A stretch of 64,000 nucleotides of DNA from Eledone cirrhosa (GCA_964016885.1 OZ024741.1:343108001-343172000); one strand, 5' to 3'. Positions 1 through 14,794 are shown, numbered from the stretch's first letter. Notes: a model not told the origin generated them from the letters alone. Program-made: numbers and translations.

Positions 1-1138
1 CACCTTTTTCCCCACATATTTGGGGGAAAAGAACACAAAAGATAAGAATCTCGGGCATCAGGCCAAATGCGAGCATTTGGTGGGTGCTAACAGGATTCTT
101 AGAAGATGAGGACACAATCCTTTCGATAGTCGAGTCCACCGGGGGCGTATTCGGCGGCAATAGCCTTGAAGTTCTGGTCCAAATGAGACCAGAACGGATA
201 GCAAGAATACCGCAGCGTGTGTCCGTGGACGGAGTCGCCTTCATAAACATTTATGTTGAGGGCAGGCGGCCTTCATGCTACCACTATTCAAGAAGTGGTC
301 ACCTGAGGACTTCCTGTCCTCGTTTAAATGCCCCCCCCACCCTTAAAAAAGACGCTTCTGCCCACCCCACACACAACAACACAACCACCACCACCACCAC
401 CACCACCACCACCACCACCACCACCACCACAAACACAACAACACAAGACACTGTACCACCCAACCCCTCCCCACCTAAAGCAAATACAAAAGCACCCTCA
501 ACCACAACAAAACCTCAAAATATACCCCTCCCCAACAACACGGACGAGGACCCCTTATCAACTTCACCCAGTGACGACGAGGGAGAACCCTTTCAACCAG
601 TAAAAAGAAAGAAAAGAAGGCACCATATTAACCACCAGCACAAACAGAACAAACATCAGAAACAAAAACCACCCCTCCCGAAAACATAACACATACTACA
701 AAACGCAAACACACAGAAGAACAACAAACAAAAACAAACACAGCACAACAAAAACAGTATACATACATCAACAGAAACAACAAAATACTTGTACAATCAA
801 TAGACAAAGACCCTTCGGTGGAAACCGAAGGGAAAACGTTCACCAACGCGGCGAATAAACCGCATTTAAAAATGATTAGGGTCCCAAGGGACACCTACGC
901 AATGCTCAAACAAAACTTTCCCGAGGACGTGGGGAACCCCTGTAATAGACCTACCAACCGCGTCTTTTTGAAATGTTTCCCCACCACCACCCCAGACACC
1001 CCTTCCCCACCAAACACCCGCACCCCACCACACACTGATTCCTCACCACATCCCAAACCACCACCCCACCAAACAACCCCTCCAACAAACACCCCCATGG
1101 AAATTGTGCAGACTGGTCCCCAGGAGAAGGAGAGGTAG
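1..1138 (+). pseudogene. ORF1 (gag-like) of the Tx1-type LINE, interrupted
   Basis: 'INIYVEGRRPSCYHYSRSGHLRTSCP' knuckle then a Pro/Thr/Lys-rich tail; stop at 689; (ACC)n expansion at ~383-430. Confidence 0.75.
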
Positions 1139-1179
1139 GTGTCTTTTCCTTTTCTCCACTTTAACTCTTCACCACCAAC

Positions 1180-4100
1180 ATGGCTGTTATAAGAGTTGTA
1201 TGTTTAAATGTGCGCGGCCTGGGGATGTCCTGGAAGCAGGGCAAACTCTTAAATGACCTCAGGTCGCACAGAATGGATGTATTAGCTATTTGCGAGTCCA
1301 GGATCAGAAGCGAGCACCAACTGGCCCCCATCTTCGACGACTTTGACATCTATGCATCTCTCTGTCAGCCGGGGGGTGGAGGTGGGGTTGTCGTTCTGCT
1401 TCGAAAACACCTGGGCTTCGCAACACGGAAGGTACACCTGGACCCGGAGGGTCGATTGGTGGTTCTAGACGTCGGCAGTAGTGAAAGTGGAGCCTTCAGG
1501 CTGGTGGGAACGTATGCCCCATCTGGGACACCGCGACCGGACTTCTTCCAACGTCTAGAGACTTTTCTGGGAACGCCCCGCTCCTTGCTTTTAGTGGAGG
1601 ACTGGAATGGTATCCTGGATGCACATTGGCACTATGTAGGGGCATGTCCCGATAGAGGGGAGTGTAACAGCCTCAAACGGTTAATCGGCCGATTTGACCT
1701 GGCCGATAGATATCGACTAGATTTTCCGACTGTGCCACTGTGGACGTGAACTAATCGTAAAGGAACATCTAGGTCGTACCTAGATAGGATCCTAGTTAAA
1801 ATTAAGGATAGGGACATATTAAACTGTCCACGAATGTTTATGGTTGACTATTCAGATCACAAGTTACTGATCTGCGTAGTCAACCTTGATAGAACCCATA
1901 GACAGAGACCCGGTTACTGGAAGCTAAATTTGTCCTTACCGACAAACAAAGCTTACAGTAAACGGATTAGCACTTTAGTTAAGCAGGGGTTGACGGGGGC
2001 TATTGTCAACAGCAGGTGGTGGGGCTCTCTCAAGAGAGCAATTAGAATAGAATCGATAGGTTTTAGTCAGGAATTAGCATTAGATAGGAATAGAACTGAA
2101 AGGGAATTGATAGATAGAGTAGAAGAGGCGAATAGGAGTGAACCAATTCTTTGACGCGAAGCATGAGGACTGCGTTGTCAGGAGTAAAATACGTGCTCTG
2201 GGTAACGAGGGAGCCAAAGCTGTTAGCTGGGCCCGAGTGACAGAGGCAAAAAGTGGAAACAAGTCCACGATTCGGTCTTTGAAGGACCAGGATGGACGTG
2301 TGATCCTTGAACCTGAGCGGATGTGCGCGGCCTTTCAGGGGCGCTTTGCACGACTGTTCGGGAGGGGCGGCGGGCCGGGGGCGACCATGGATTTCGGTCC
2401 ATACCTCGTCGGTCTGCCGCGGCTCTCGGACGAAGAGGCTAAGTCCTGCGAAAGGTCGATTTCAGCCGCTGAAATAGGGAAGCGCTGAGCCGATGCGGCA
2501 AACGCAAATCTCCGGGTCTCGATGGTCTGCCATACGAACTTTATGTAGCGATGCCGGACTTGTTCTCCGATCTCGTCGAGGCGGTCTACTGCAACTGGCA
2601 ACAGAACGGGAGAATTCCCAGTTCTGTGACCAAGGGCGTAGTCACGCTAGTGAGGAAGGACGAGAACAAGGGGGATGACATAGATAACTTCAGGCCCATA
2701 ACTCTGCTAAATACAGAGTTAAAATTTTGGCCAAGGTGTTAGCGAAGAGGCTGACGCTTGTCGTCGGGAACCTGGTGGGAGCAGCGCAGACATGCGCAAT
2801 CCCGTCCAGGTCCATACACGACAACCCCCACCTCAAGCGATACATCGTAGTGAGGGTAGGGAATGAACCAGGCTTTGGTGGGGCCCTGATCAACTTGGAT
2901 CAATCTAAAGCATTTGATAGGGTTGACCATCGGTACCTGGATGCGGTGCTCGCGGCGGCAGGCTTCGGACCCGTTTTCAGGGGCTGGATTGCTACAATAC
3001 ACAGCAGCGCCACCTGTTCGAGGGTCAAGGTGAACGGCTACCTCTCGGAGCCGTTCCAAATCACGCGATCCATCCGACAGGGATGCCCTCTCTCCTCCCT
3101 TCTGTATGTGCTGGCTCTCGAGCCACTACTGCGGAAGTTGGAGCTGTTACAGGGAACCCCTTGGAACCGGAATTGCGGAAAGCGTTGTCGGTCTACGCCG
3201 ATGGCGTGACAGTAATAGTGTCGTGCGCCTCGGAAATCGGGGAGATCGGCACCTTACTGGAGGAATACTAAAGGTTTATAGGAGCCAAGCTGAACCGGGA
3301 CAAGTCCGTCGGTTTGCAACTTGGAACGTGTAGAGGCAAACCGATGCCCTCCGACGGCGTCGTCGGACGCTGGACAAAGGGACCGGTGAAGCTGCTCGGG
3401 GTCTGGTTCGGACCAGACCTCCAGGTGGAGAAAAACTGGGACGAGGTAATGGGCAGGGTGTTTGCACTCGCCCAGAAGTGGGCCGAGTGCAAACTATCCC
3501 TGAAAGGTCGAGCGGAGGTGGCGAACACTAATAGAGCGTCCGTCATCTACTACCGCTTGACCGTCGTGTCTTGCCCAGCGAAAACGCTCACTAAAATGGA
3601 GCGCGCGCTCTTCCAATTCCTTTGGAAGTAGCGGGCTCCTTTGGTGAGATGATCCATCTGCTGTCAACACCCTTCGAACGGAGGGCTGGGGGTTGCCATG
3701 GCTGACGATGCGTAAACACCGCATTAAGGCTACGCACCTCCAGGTATTCCTCACCGGTCAACCGGTGTGGGCTCCTTTGTGAGGTGAGCCTTTCCGAGAC
3801 TCGTCTCACTCACCGAGCTGCAAACCTGGGTCAAGCAAAGACCGAGAAAAGTGGGGGACTGGCACATTAAATGTGCCCAGGCGCTCACGGCCCTCTGACA
3901 AGCGGATCCGGCAATCAGTGGAGACTCCACTTCAATATTCTATAGAGGGTTGGTGCGCAGCAAGTGCGACCACACTCTCAGAGAAACTCTGGGCATGGAG
4001 GAAGACGAACTAGCCAGTCTGTTCGGTAGGACGTTTGGCCCGGGACCGATGGACCACTTCCAAAAGTCCCTGGCTTGGCAGTGCTAGCGAGGAGCTCTAC

Positions 4101-4576
4101 CCGTTCGGGACAAGCTCTACAGACACGGGGGCCCGGGTAGGGACCCCTCGAAAAATATCTGTCCGAGATGCATGCGGGACGAGGAAACCGTTGCGCACGC
4201 ATTCGTACACTGCCCGGGCGTTGCTGACCTGTGGGGCTATGTGGAACGACTACTGTCGCGGGTGGGACCAATCCGGTTGACCACCGAGTACATTGTCACG
4301 ATCAAACCGCGTCCCCCCTTCAAAAACGAAGGAGAAGCGGTTTTCCTCTGTGTGATAGCTATGGCTAAAGAGACTGTATGGTGGACAAGGTTGAAAGGGC
4401 TCAGGTCAGACACCTTTCTCTCCGGCCAACAACTGGTCCTTTTTTTCAAATACCATTTTAGAAGAAGGATCAGAATGGAGAGAGAGGTGCTGTACCCCAG
4501 CAAGTTTTATGAAAGGTGGGTGAAAGTGGCGAGAATGCCCCGAGTAAATGGGCCTTCTCTCTATATCAGCCTGTAG
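1180..4576 (+). pseudogene. ORF2 (APE endonuclease + reverse transcriptase) of the Tx1-type LINE, multiple stops and frameshifts
   Basis: CLNVRGL, ICES, YAPS, SDH, GYWKLN, NFRPITLLN, LDQSKAFDRVDH, RQGCPLS, YADGVT (YADD decayed), CPRC..EETVAHAFVHCP, spread over several frames. Confidence 0.92.
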
Positions 4577-4810
4577 GTGAGAGAGGAGGAAAAGGAGGAG
4601 AGGAAGCGAGCACCCGCTCTGTGTGCTCCTGAGGAGGAGGGTTGCACATTTTTTCGGGGGTGTGTGCGACCCACGTCAACGCCCTCTCCCTATTGAAGAC
4701 TTTGATTGTTGAATTTGATTAGTTATATTTTTTACACGCCATTTAAATGTATGTAAACTCACCCCCTTGTATTTGTCCCAAATTTTATGCCCTGGTGGCA
4801 AATAAATAGA

Positions 4811-5225
<415 letters not shown>

Positions 5226-5559
5226 TAATTTGACATTTAAGTTCCGCCTGATCATGGAAACTTTCCGGTTGAAACGGAAATAAGGAAAATTCTATTTCGC
5301 GGAATAGGATTTTATGAGAAATACTTCATTATTTTATATTTATTTAATTTTTAAAATTCATCAAACTTGAATCTTTGTTGATGTAGAGTGTCACGGCGAA
5401 TCTCATTGCGCGTGTTTTGAAGGCTATCCACCAGTGTTCGTTATATTTTCATTAAAGTATACTCAACCGATGTTCTATATATATCTTTAAATGTACACAA
5501 GTCCGTTTCATTTTTCATATATAATTTTATTTTATTCTCGTATATCATGATATTATTGT

Positions 5560-5572
5560 TATATTATATATG

Positions 5573-5631
<59 letters not shown>

Positions 5632-5721
5632 ATATGTATGTATGTATATATATATGTATGTATATATATAAATATATATATATATATATGTATGTATATA
5701 TATAAATATATATTGCGTGTG

Positions 5722-5778
<57 letters not shown>

Positions 5779-5792
5779 CATACATACATATA

Positions 5793-5824
<32 letters not shown>

Positions 5825-5865
5825 ATATATATATACACTCACACACACACATATATATATGTATG

Positions 5866-5952
<87 letters not shown>

Positions 5953-5983
5953 TATATATATATATGTATGTATAAATATATAT

Positions 5984-6048
<65 letters not shown>

Positions 6049-6073
6049 ATATGTATGTATGTATATATATATG

Positions 6074-6132
<59 letters not shown>

Positions 6133-6150
6133 ATATATAAATATATATTA

Positions 6151-6196
<46 letters not shown>

Positions 6197-6327
6197 ACAT
6201 ATATATATATTTATACATACATACATATATGTGTGTGTGTATATATATATATATAATATATATATACACTCACACACACACATATATATATGTATGTATA
6301 AATATATGTATATATATATAAATATAT

Positions 6328-6397
<70 letters not shown>

Positions 6398-6422
6398 TAT
6401 ATATATGTATGTATAAATATAT

Positions 6423-6515
<93 letters not shown>

Positions 6516-6520
6516 AAATG
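5560..6520. repeat. Compound (TA)n/(TG)n microsatellite with internal ~430-bp duplication
   Basis: Landmarks recur: att(g/a)cgtgtg at ~5712 and ~6147; actcacacacacac at ~5837 and ~6268. Confidence 0.85.
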
Positions 6521-6656
6521 TAATACTATATAAAAGAAATTAAAAGTATAAATGTATGCGATATGTGTGTTCAACGCTCAATGGGTTTCAGTTTCAATAC
6601 ATGTCTCATAATAAACACACTAAACATTTACAGCAGTGAAATATATTTAAGTATAT

Positions 6657-6846
6657 AAGGGTGGTGGATTGGCAGTATCGGTAGAGAGTCGGACGCCATG
6701 CTTTCCAGCATAGTTACGTCCCTTTACGGTCTGAGTTCAAATCCCGTCGAGGTTAACTTTGCCTTTCATCCTTACGGGGTCGATAAAATAAAGTACCAGT
6801 AATGTACTGGGTAATTGCTGGCCTTGTGCCAATAGTAGAAACAATC
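6657..6846 (+). mobile_element. tRNA-derived SINE (Meta-domain-like), full copy
   Basis: A-box-like TGGCAGTATCGG, B-box GAGTTCAAATCC, central GCCTTTCATCCTTACGGGGTCGATAAAATAAAGTACCAG, tail GCTGGCCTTGTGCC..TAGAAACAAT; more than 20 homologues in the window. Confidence 0.9.
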
Positions 6847-6937
6847 ATGAATTATATGCATATTAATACATATATGTATAAATATATTTATACATACTCT
6901 CATTACCTACATAAATGTATTACATACATAAATATAT

Positions 6938-7262
6938 GATGATGATGGCTGCCCCCTCGTTATCGAGTATGGCCATTGTACGGTATACCATTATTAATAA
7001 TTATTAATCAATTCTATTGTGCAATGCCTGTGTGTGAAGATATTTTTTAAAGTGAGGAAAGACTGTGCACTGAGCCAATCCCACTCTCTGAGCGACAGTA
7101 GCTATAACCCGAAAAGATCAACATCATCGGTAACTACTGAGCCGCAGGTTTTATATCGGAGTTATCCCAGTTTCCTGAGTTGCCTTCTCCTAGAAGAATG
7201 CCTTTACAAGGGCTAGGGGTCCTTCACTCCCAGTGGTTTAACCGCGCGATCGGGTGACCAGC
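6938..7262 (-). mobile_element. Non-autonomous RTE-derived element related to the 608-bp family
   Basis: Reverse complement shares AGAGAGTGGGATTGGCT..TGCA..CTCACT..CTTCAC..ACAGGCATTGC and the 3' end TACTCGA.AACGAG..GGCAGCCA with copies at 54489 and 55707; (CAT)n tail. Confidence 0.75.
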
Positions 7263-7477
7263 CCGACTATTTCTATGTCCCGCGCATATACCTACATATG
7301 TACCCATGTATATACACATATACATATTGATACATATGTACATGTGTATATACATATTTACATATTGATACATATGTACATGTGTATATACATATTTACA
7401 CACTTTTGGATGGCCGTTGACTGTTATGAATTCTTCCGCCCTTTGTCTACATAAATATATACATACATACACATTTA

Positions 7478-8147
7478 CATACCTACCTATCTACCTACCT
7501 ACCTACCTACCTACCTACCTACCTACCTACCTACCTACCCACCTACCTACCTACCTACCTACCTACCTACCTACCTACCCACCTACCTACCCACCTACCT
7601 ACCTACCTACCTACCTACCTACCTACCTACCTACCTACCTACCTACCTACCTACCTACCTACCTACTAGCCTACCTACCTACCCACCTACCTACCTACCT
7701 ACCTACCTACCTACCTACCTACCTACCTACCTACCTACCTACCTACCTACCTACCTACCTACCCACCTACCTACCCACCTACCTACCTACCTACCTACCT
7801 ACCTACCTACCTATCTACCTACCTACCTACCTACCTACCTACCTACCTACCTACCTACCTACCTACCCACCTACCTCCCTACCTACCTACCTACCTACCT
7901 ACCTACCTACCTACTAGCCTACCTACCTACCTACCTACCTACCTACCTACCTACCTACCTACCTACCTACCTACCTACCTACCTACCTACCTACCCACCT
8001 ACCTACCTACCTACCTACCTACCTACCTACCTACCTACCTACCTACCTACCTACCTACCTACCAGCCTACCTACCTACCTACCTACCTACCTACCCACCT
8101 ACCTACCTACCTACCTACCTACCTACCTACCTACCTACCTACCTACC
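7478..8147. repeat. Long (CCTA)n tetranucleotide array, ~670 bp
   Basis: Directly visible. Confidence 0.97.
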
Positions 8148-8436
8148 AATAAAATAAAGTACCAGTAATGAACTGGGTAATTGCTGGCCTTGTGCCTAAA
8201 GTAGAAACAATTATTAACCAGTCTACCTGGTATTATATAGCCATCGTTAGAGAGTCGGAGAGAGTCGGTAGAGAGTCGGACACCATGCTTTGAAGCATAG
8301 AGTTACTTCCCTTTATGATCTGAGTTCAAATCCCGCCGAGGTTAACTTTGCCATTCATCCTTACGGGGTCGATACAATAAAGTACCAGTGATGCACTGGG
8401 TAATTGCTGGCCTTGTGCCAAAAGCAGAAACAATTA
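8148..8436 (+). mobile_element. SINE 3' fragment (8148-8215) plus near-full SINE copy (~8245-8436)
   Basis: Same B-box, central domain and tail as the 6657 copy. Confidence 0.85.
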
Positions 8437-9010
8437 TATAGCCATCGTTGTGGTCTTCATATTTTGTCTCTTAATTCTATTGATTCATCTTTGGTATTTC
8501 CTCTGTCTTGTGTTTTTATTAGGACACGTCTTTTGACTGTATATTCCTTATATGTATCTTTTCTTTTGAGATTTTAATAGTTTTTAAATTTATCTATGGG
8601 TGATCTTCAGATTTTCGTCCTTCTAATGTATTTTTATTATCCTTAAATCATTTTCATGCTTTGTTTTTATTCTTCATGCTTTGGTGATTTTGGTGAGGGG
8701 AATGCGTTTATTTGGAAATTGATATTTTATTAATCATATCCTAACTTTGTACAAAACATTTTGATTTTTTACGGTTCACTGGTGTGGCAAGTTATTTATG
8801 TATTTCATACTATGAGGATTTTCGGATGTGTTTTCCTCTATGTATATATACAAATATTTCTATCTGTAATCTATATGTGTATTTTGGTATGAGTGTATAA
8901 CGCTTTCTGTATGTAGTTTAGGTTAGCTGTTTGTAGTTCAAATATAGTCTTTGTGCATATATCAGGGCGTCTGTGGTTCAATTCTAACAAGTGTTTTGAT
9001 GTACATGTGG

Positions 9011-9130
9011 GGAGTTCAAATCCCACCTAGGCTTAACTTTACTTTTCATCCTTACGGGGTCGATAAAATAAAGTACCAGTAATACACTGTTTAATTGCTG
9101 GCCTTGTGCCAAAGTAGAAACAATTATTAT
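9011..9130 (+). mobile_element. SINE, 5'-truncated
   Basis: GAGTTCAAATCCC..TTTCATCCTTACGGGGTCGATAAAATAAAGTACCAG..GCCTTGTGCCAAAGTAGAAAC. Confidence 0.85.
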
Positions 9131-9179
9131 TACTAGTAAAATCCCATCTACGCTGCCGGTAAACGTATTTGTTATAGTT

Positions 9180-9230
<51 letters not shown>

Positions 9231-9344
9231 TATATTTATTTATGTATTTATTTATTTATATACGTACCTTCATAAATTGTCAAATAATGTTTAGATTGAC
9301 TTTCTCGGTGAAGATTGAATACTGTTTGAATACTATTGGACAAT

Positions 9345-9400
<56 letters not shown>

Positions 9401-10210
9401 ATTATAAAGGGAAGCATGTACTGTTGTTGCTGTTTAATTATCGTCTCTCCGCTTTATGGAATAACTTGTATTTTCCTATCATATATAAGGAGCATATGTA
9501 TAAACCATTGATATAAGGAGCACAGTCTGTTATTTTACAAATTATGGTAGCGTTTATGATAATGCCTTTAATTCTCAAGTGTGTATTTTGTATCTGTAAC
9601 TTTGACGAATTCGCTGGATGCAGCGACGTAGTTCTTTGTGATGTGTCACTCCTGTCATGCTATTGTTTTATAGACTGGTTTGGGGGCAGTTTTCTACTAC
9701 TGAGCATGGCATTAGTTCACTACTGTTGCATGCATGTTTAACTATATTGTGTGCTATAATATTTGTATAATATATTTTATGATTTTGTGTCGCCTTAGGC
9801 AAAGTTTGTTTGGTTTTATTAAATTGCTTGTGATATAATCTGTCTGAAAGTATGGATGCTTACTGATAAGACGATTTGTCATATACCCGTAGACAACACC
9901 CTTATAATAACGACGTAACAAAACACTAAGCTAGATATCAATTACAGGAATCAAGAGGCAAGTAAAGAAGACTACAATGATAAATAAATGGATATAGTAT
10001 GAAGCTGTATAAGCTTTCATTTGAATATCGCAATAGCGTTAAATTTGAGTTGCGAGGAATTAATCTAGCTTAGAAAAAATATACATTTTATAATAAACAT
10101 ATTGTGTCAGACTTTCCTCATTTGTTAACAAAAGATATATATGCATGTCTCTATGTATGTATGCATGTATTATGTATGTATGATTGTATGTACGTATGTA
10201 TGTAGGTATG

Positions 10211-13200
10211 TTCTTCTGGTTTTATAATTTCACAAATTTGTTCCCAATAAAGAGAGAATCGGTTTGTAACATAGACACAAGACTCTCTCATTGGAATTTA
10301 CACAACATCAACTAGGTAGATATGTATGTATGTATGCATGTATGTGTAGATATGGATGTTATTGTATGTGTGGATGTGGATGTTTTGAGTTGGATGTGTG
10401 CATGTGTATATGCTTTGCATTTGTACATGTGTATATGCAGTTATTAGATGCAAAATGTTTGGAATGTTTTACATATTTTTACTGTTCCATTAATGGATTG
10501 TTCTTGTAATTTCCCAACTAGTCGTGTTCTTTCTGTTCCTGTGAAGCCTAGCTTCTCAAGATTTGTATTGGGGCAGTTACTAACATACCCCAGTGCCCCA
10601 ATAATCACAGGCATAAATCTGAAGGTGTAACCAGGGTGGAGTATCTGCCGATTTCTCATCAGTTCTGCATAAATATTCTCCTTTTCGCTAATCTTTGATA
10701 TTATATTGGCATCTGCTGGACAGCTATTATCCACTACTGTGCATGTTTTCTTCTCCCCATACCATATCATAATATCTAGTCTGTTATGCCTGCATTTTAT
10801 TGGGGTTTTTACTGGAATATTCCACCAGTACTCTTTCATATTATGTACATGGATGTCTTCCACATTGCTGTAGCTTTAAATGTGTTTATTATCGGGGCTA
10901 TCTTTTTTACGAACTGCATTGTACAGTGTTTTGGCCACTACATCATGCCTCATAGGTAGATAGTACCGCGTGGACATCTTTGGACAGCTGCTGATGACAA
11001 GGGTGATATCTTCGATGTTAGTTCTGCAGAGTCTGCACTTGTTATGACATCTAGGTGTTTTGTCTGCATCCCTATCTCTTTTGTGAATCAGGTATTTCGT
11101 GTTAATCTCCTGTTCTTGGATTGCAAAAGCGTATCCTTCAAAGTGGGAGCCAATATAGCGGTTGTTGGTCCAAGATAGACTACTTTCCTTATCTATATTA
11201 CTCTCACTCTGGAGCTTCCTGGCAACATATCCATGCAGATTTTTTGCTGATAAGCATGCAGTTTTTCATTCATGGATTCACTGCGATACTGCTGAGCAAC
11301 CTCCCTGGGTGTGAGTTTTTTATTATCACACAGGGAATATCTCTCGAGGAGTTCCTTCCCAACTCTCATGATCTTATCTGTTTCATGCAGATAGACTTGC
11401 TCGAGAGACGGGCTCCTACGCTTCGAGGTTCGTAGATGTTGTCGGAGAGATATGATGCGATATTCAAATGCTGTCTGGACTGATGTTAGGCCTCTGCCTC
11501 CCTGCTTACGTTTCAAGTAAAGGCGGTCTATGTCACTGTTGATGTGGAAGTTTCCGGTGTTGTTTAGTATTTTTCCAGTTCCAACATCAACTGCTCGGAT
11601 TTCGTCTATCGTCTAATTGAGTATTCCAAACGTTGGTGTTAGGACAGGCACAGCAAACACATTGTGAGCCAGTGTTTCGTTTTGCGTAGAGAGTTCCGAT
11701 GACCAGATCTTTCTTAATCGGGTGTAGTATTCCATGGTTACGCGTTCCTTATTACAGATACCATTATAGGATATGTTCTCATCTATCCCCATGTATCTGT
11801 AGCAGTCCTCATCAGATATCGGTGAAACAGTTAGGCCATTGATGACAATGTTGCTAGATTGGGTTGTTGTTTTTCCCCGCTTTACAGTCACGTATGAGCA
11901 TTTATCTTGGCCAAACTCAATTCCTATATCCTTTGAGAACGTTGTAACCTGGTCAAGATTTTTCTTCATCCCTTCCATGTTCTTGGCATAGAGTTTCAGA
12001 TCGTCCACAAAGAAATTATGGGTTAGGTTCGTATTTCTCTTCTCCTGTGAGCCAATGATGTATCCCTCACATTTCTTGAGCAGAAAGGACAAGGGGTTTA
12101 ATGACAAGATGAATCATATCACAGAGAGACTGTCCCCCTGAAATATACCCCTGCGATATTTTATTTTATCAGTGAAAATAGAGTCCTTCCTCTTTGTCTT
12201 TAACCTTAGGATAGTAGCCCAAGAAGAAGACAGCCTCTCTATGGCTCTGACAATAATATCTGGAACTTTAGCAAGTTGGAGGGCCTCTATCATCCAAGAG
12301 TGAGGAACAGAATCGAAAGCTTTCCTGTAGTCCAGCCAGACTGTAGCCATATTCCTCCTAAGTTGTCGCACCTCCGACATCGCAGTTTTGTTGATTAGGA
12401 GTTGTTCAGCACATTCCCAAACCCCTTTCTTTCTAGCTGCTTGTTCATCTGTGATGATGTTATTATTTTCACAGTAATCTTGGAGGAATAGGTTCAGGAA
12501 GGCTTTATACATCTTATACATCAGGTTCTGGCATGCAATGGGTCGGTAGTTTTTTGCCAAGTGGGTGTCTTTGTTCTTGGGGACCAGTGATGTTTGTGCT
12601 AATGTCAACCATTCTGGTATAAGTGTATCTCCCTTAAGAACTTGTTGGTAGTGGTCAGTAAGATAGCTCCGATAGAATATCAGTTTTTCGTACCAGTAGC
12701 CGACAATCATGTCTCTTCCTGGTGTTTTCTTATCTTGGAGTTTTCCTATCACAGTCTCAACGGTACCCTCACTTATTTCGTATGTTTTTGTTGTAGTGTA
12801 GGAGCAATAGTTTTTTCGGATTTCTCTTAGCCGCACTGCATCTTGCTTGAAATTCTTCTTTTCACACCATATTTTGCTCCAAAAGGAATCTATGTCTTTC
12901 TTGGATGGGGCCTCAGTGACACGTAATATTTTGTTCTTCATATCTCTAAAGACTGATGTTTGGTTTCGTCTGAATCTTTTATTAGGCACTTTTCTCTCAT
13001 CTACCTTCTTCAGGTATCGGCGTTTTTCGCTAACAGCCCTCAATTCTTGTTTGAGGGTGATCAGCTTATATTGAAGAGTTCTGGTTCTACTGTTACCAAA
13101 CATCATCTCTATTTTATTTTTCACTCTTTGTTGGTGAGGAGTGAGGTTTTTTTGTGTTTGTTTGCATGTAAGGAGCATTGTCACATGTCCTATGATTTTT

Positions 13201-13462
13201 CGTAGGTCAGCAATCTTTTTTTCTATTTTAGTTATATATGATGGTATTTTTGGTGGTGTTTTGTTCTTGTTAATTTCTCTGCTATCACCAAGATAATGCT
13301 TCACTGTCGTTGCTAAGGCATATAAACAGGCGTTGATTTGCCAAAATTATTGGGGTTTTTATCCGTCGTAAATATTCATCCCCTATTTCGTCAATAACAC
13401 GTAATATTTCATTTTTTTTTTTTTTTTTTATTAAACATTGTCGTTTTAATACGTTCAGCAAG
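10211..13462 (-). mobile_element. R4/Dong-type RLE non-LTR retrotransposon, 5'-truncated and decayed
   Basis: RT motifs NYRPIAC, EQLLINK, WLDYRKAFDSVPHSW, RGIFQGDSLS, FVDDLKLY, KRKQGGRGL; CRLC..SSCPK..YLPMRHD; RLE motif RHNRLDI; (TACA)n on both sides. Confidence 0.92.
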
Positions 13463-13506
13463 TATGTATGTATGTATGTATGTATGTATGTATGTATGTA
13501 TGTATG

Positions 13507-13535
<29 letters not shown>

Positions 13536-13537
<2 letters not shown>

Positions 13538-13987
13538 GGGCAAAGGAGCTCTTAAGAGTCAATGGCCATCCAAAATCACCGGGAGAGATGACCCCTTAGC
13601 CTTTCTCAAGGCAGAATTCTAGGAGAAGGAAAACTCCGATGTAACACCTGCAACTCTGATGGTATCCAATGATGTTGACTTGTTCTTCTTTTTGGTAAAT
13701 ATCATCTTGGTTAAGAGAGTGGGATTGGCTTTGTGCAGTGCCTTTGCTCACAATAAAAGCTTCACGGCACAGGCATTGCTTTATATCTGGAGATCTCTCT
13801 GCACTTGTCGTCACATGGTTCCATGGGCCCAGCACTATGTGTCAATAATTGTCACAAGTGTAGTGTTTGTACCAGAGTTTTCAAGTCGCTGGCTGGACTA
13901 AAATGTCACTCGTTCAGCGCATCGGTAGGAGTTCTCCTACATGGATATAAAGTAGTGTCCGTACTAAAAAACGAGTTGGCAGCCACC
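13536..13987 (+). mobile_element. 608-bp RTE-derived element, 5'-truncated copy
   Basis: Near-identical to the 3' three-quarters of 54489-55096; lies inside (TATG)n. Confidence 0.9.
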
Positions 13988-14050
13988 ATGTATGTATGTA
14001 TGTATGTATGTATGTATGTATGTATGTATGTATGTATGTATGTATGTATG

Positions 14051-14628
14051 TTATCTCTTTCTCTTAATTTCGAGTATATTTTTTGACCGGCCACCTTCCT
14101 GGTGGCAAGGTTGTAAAAGAAAAGAAATTGTCATCCCTTGAATCGCAAGAATGTTTCGCAAATTTTGAAGGTGCCAGCTATCGCAGCCATTTGTAGACTA
14201 TGAATTAGGGAGCTGCGCTCTTTCTCGGCAAATCCAAGTTCAGTCATACTTTGGTCCAAGCGGGTTGGTATATAACCCGTAGCTCCAATAATGATGGGTA
14301 AGAAGCTAAAGGTGTATCTTGGATACTGGATTTGTAAACTCCTCATCAATGGTCCGTAGATGTCCTCCTTCTGTATTTTCTGACAACGTTTACATCAAGT
14401 GGGCAGCTGATCTCCACAACAGAACACGTTTTCAATGTGTGGTCCTAAACAACAATATCAGGCCGGTTGTGCTTTAATTTGGTGGCAGTTTTTATTTTCA
14501 GGTTCCACCAGTATTCCTTAGTGCCATCTGTCTCAATATACTCTTCCTCGTTTGTTGTTAATTTTCTTTTGCAGATGGTTCTAGCTATCCCATCGTGTCT
14601 CATGGGGAGGTAGTAGCGAGATGACATT
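14051..14628 (-). mobile_element. 3' fragment of a second R4/Dong-type family
   Basis: MSSRYYLPMRHD..YWWNLKIKTATKLKHNRPDIVV..FLPIIIGATG..KICETFL; (TACA)n on both sides. Confidence 0.88.
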
Positions 14629-14794
14629 CATGTATGTATGTATGTATGTATGTATGTATGTATGTATGTATGTATGTATGTATGTATGTATGTATGTATG
14701 TATGTATGTATGTATGTCTATGCATGTATGTAACTATGCATGTATGTAACTATGCATGTATGTATGTATGTATGTATGTATGTATGTATGTATG

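Larger units (their letters stand above)
1..4810 (+). mobile_element. Tx1/L1-clade non-LTR retrotransposon, decayed; 5' end outside window
   Basis: ORF1 with a degenerate zinc knuckle (CYHYSRSGHLRTSC); ORF2 with APE endonuclease, RT and C-terminal Cys motif; 3' UTR with AATAAA at 4801 running into (ATCT)n. Confidence 0.92.

Noticed and set aside
6657-6846. tRNA gene
   Set aside because: A/B boxes belong to a multi-copy SINE head; no complete cloverleaf
7478-8147. Telomeric repeat
   Set aside because: The unit is the 4-mer CCTA/TAGG, not TTAGGG or TTAGG, and it is internal
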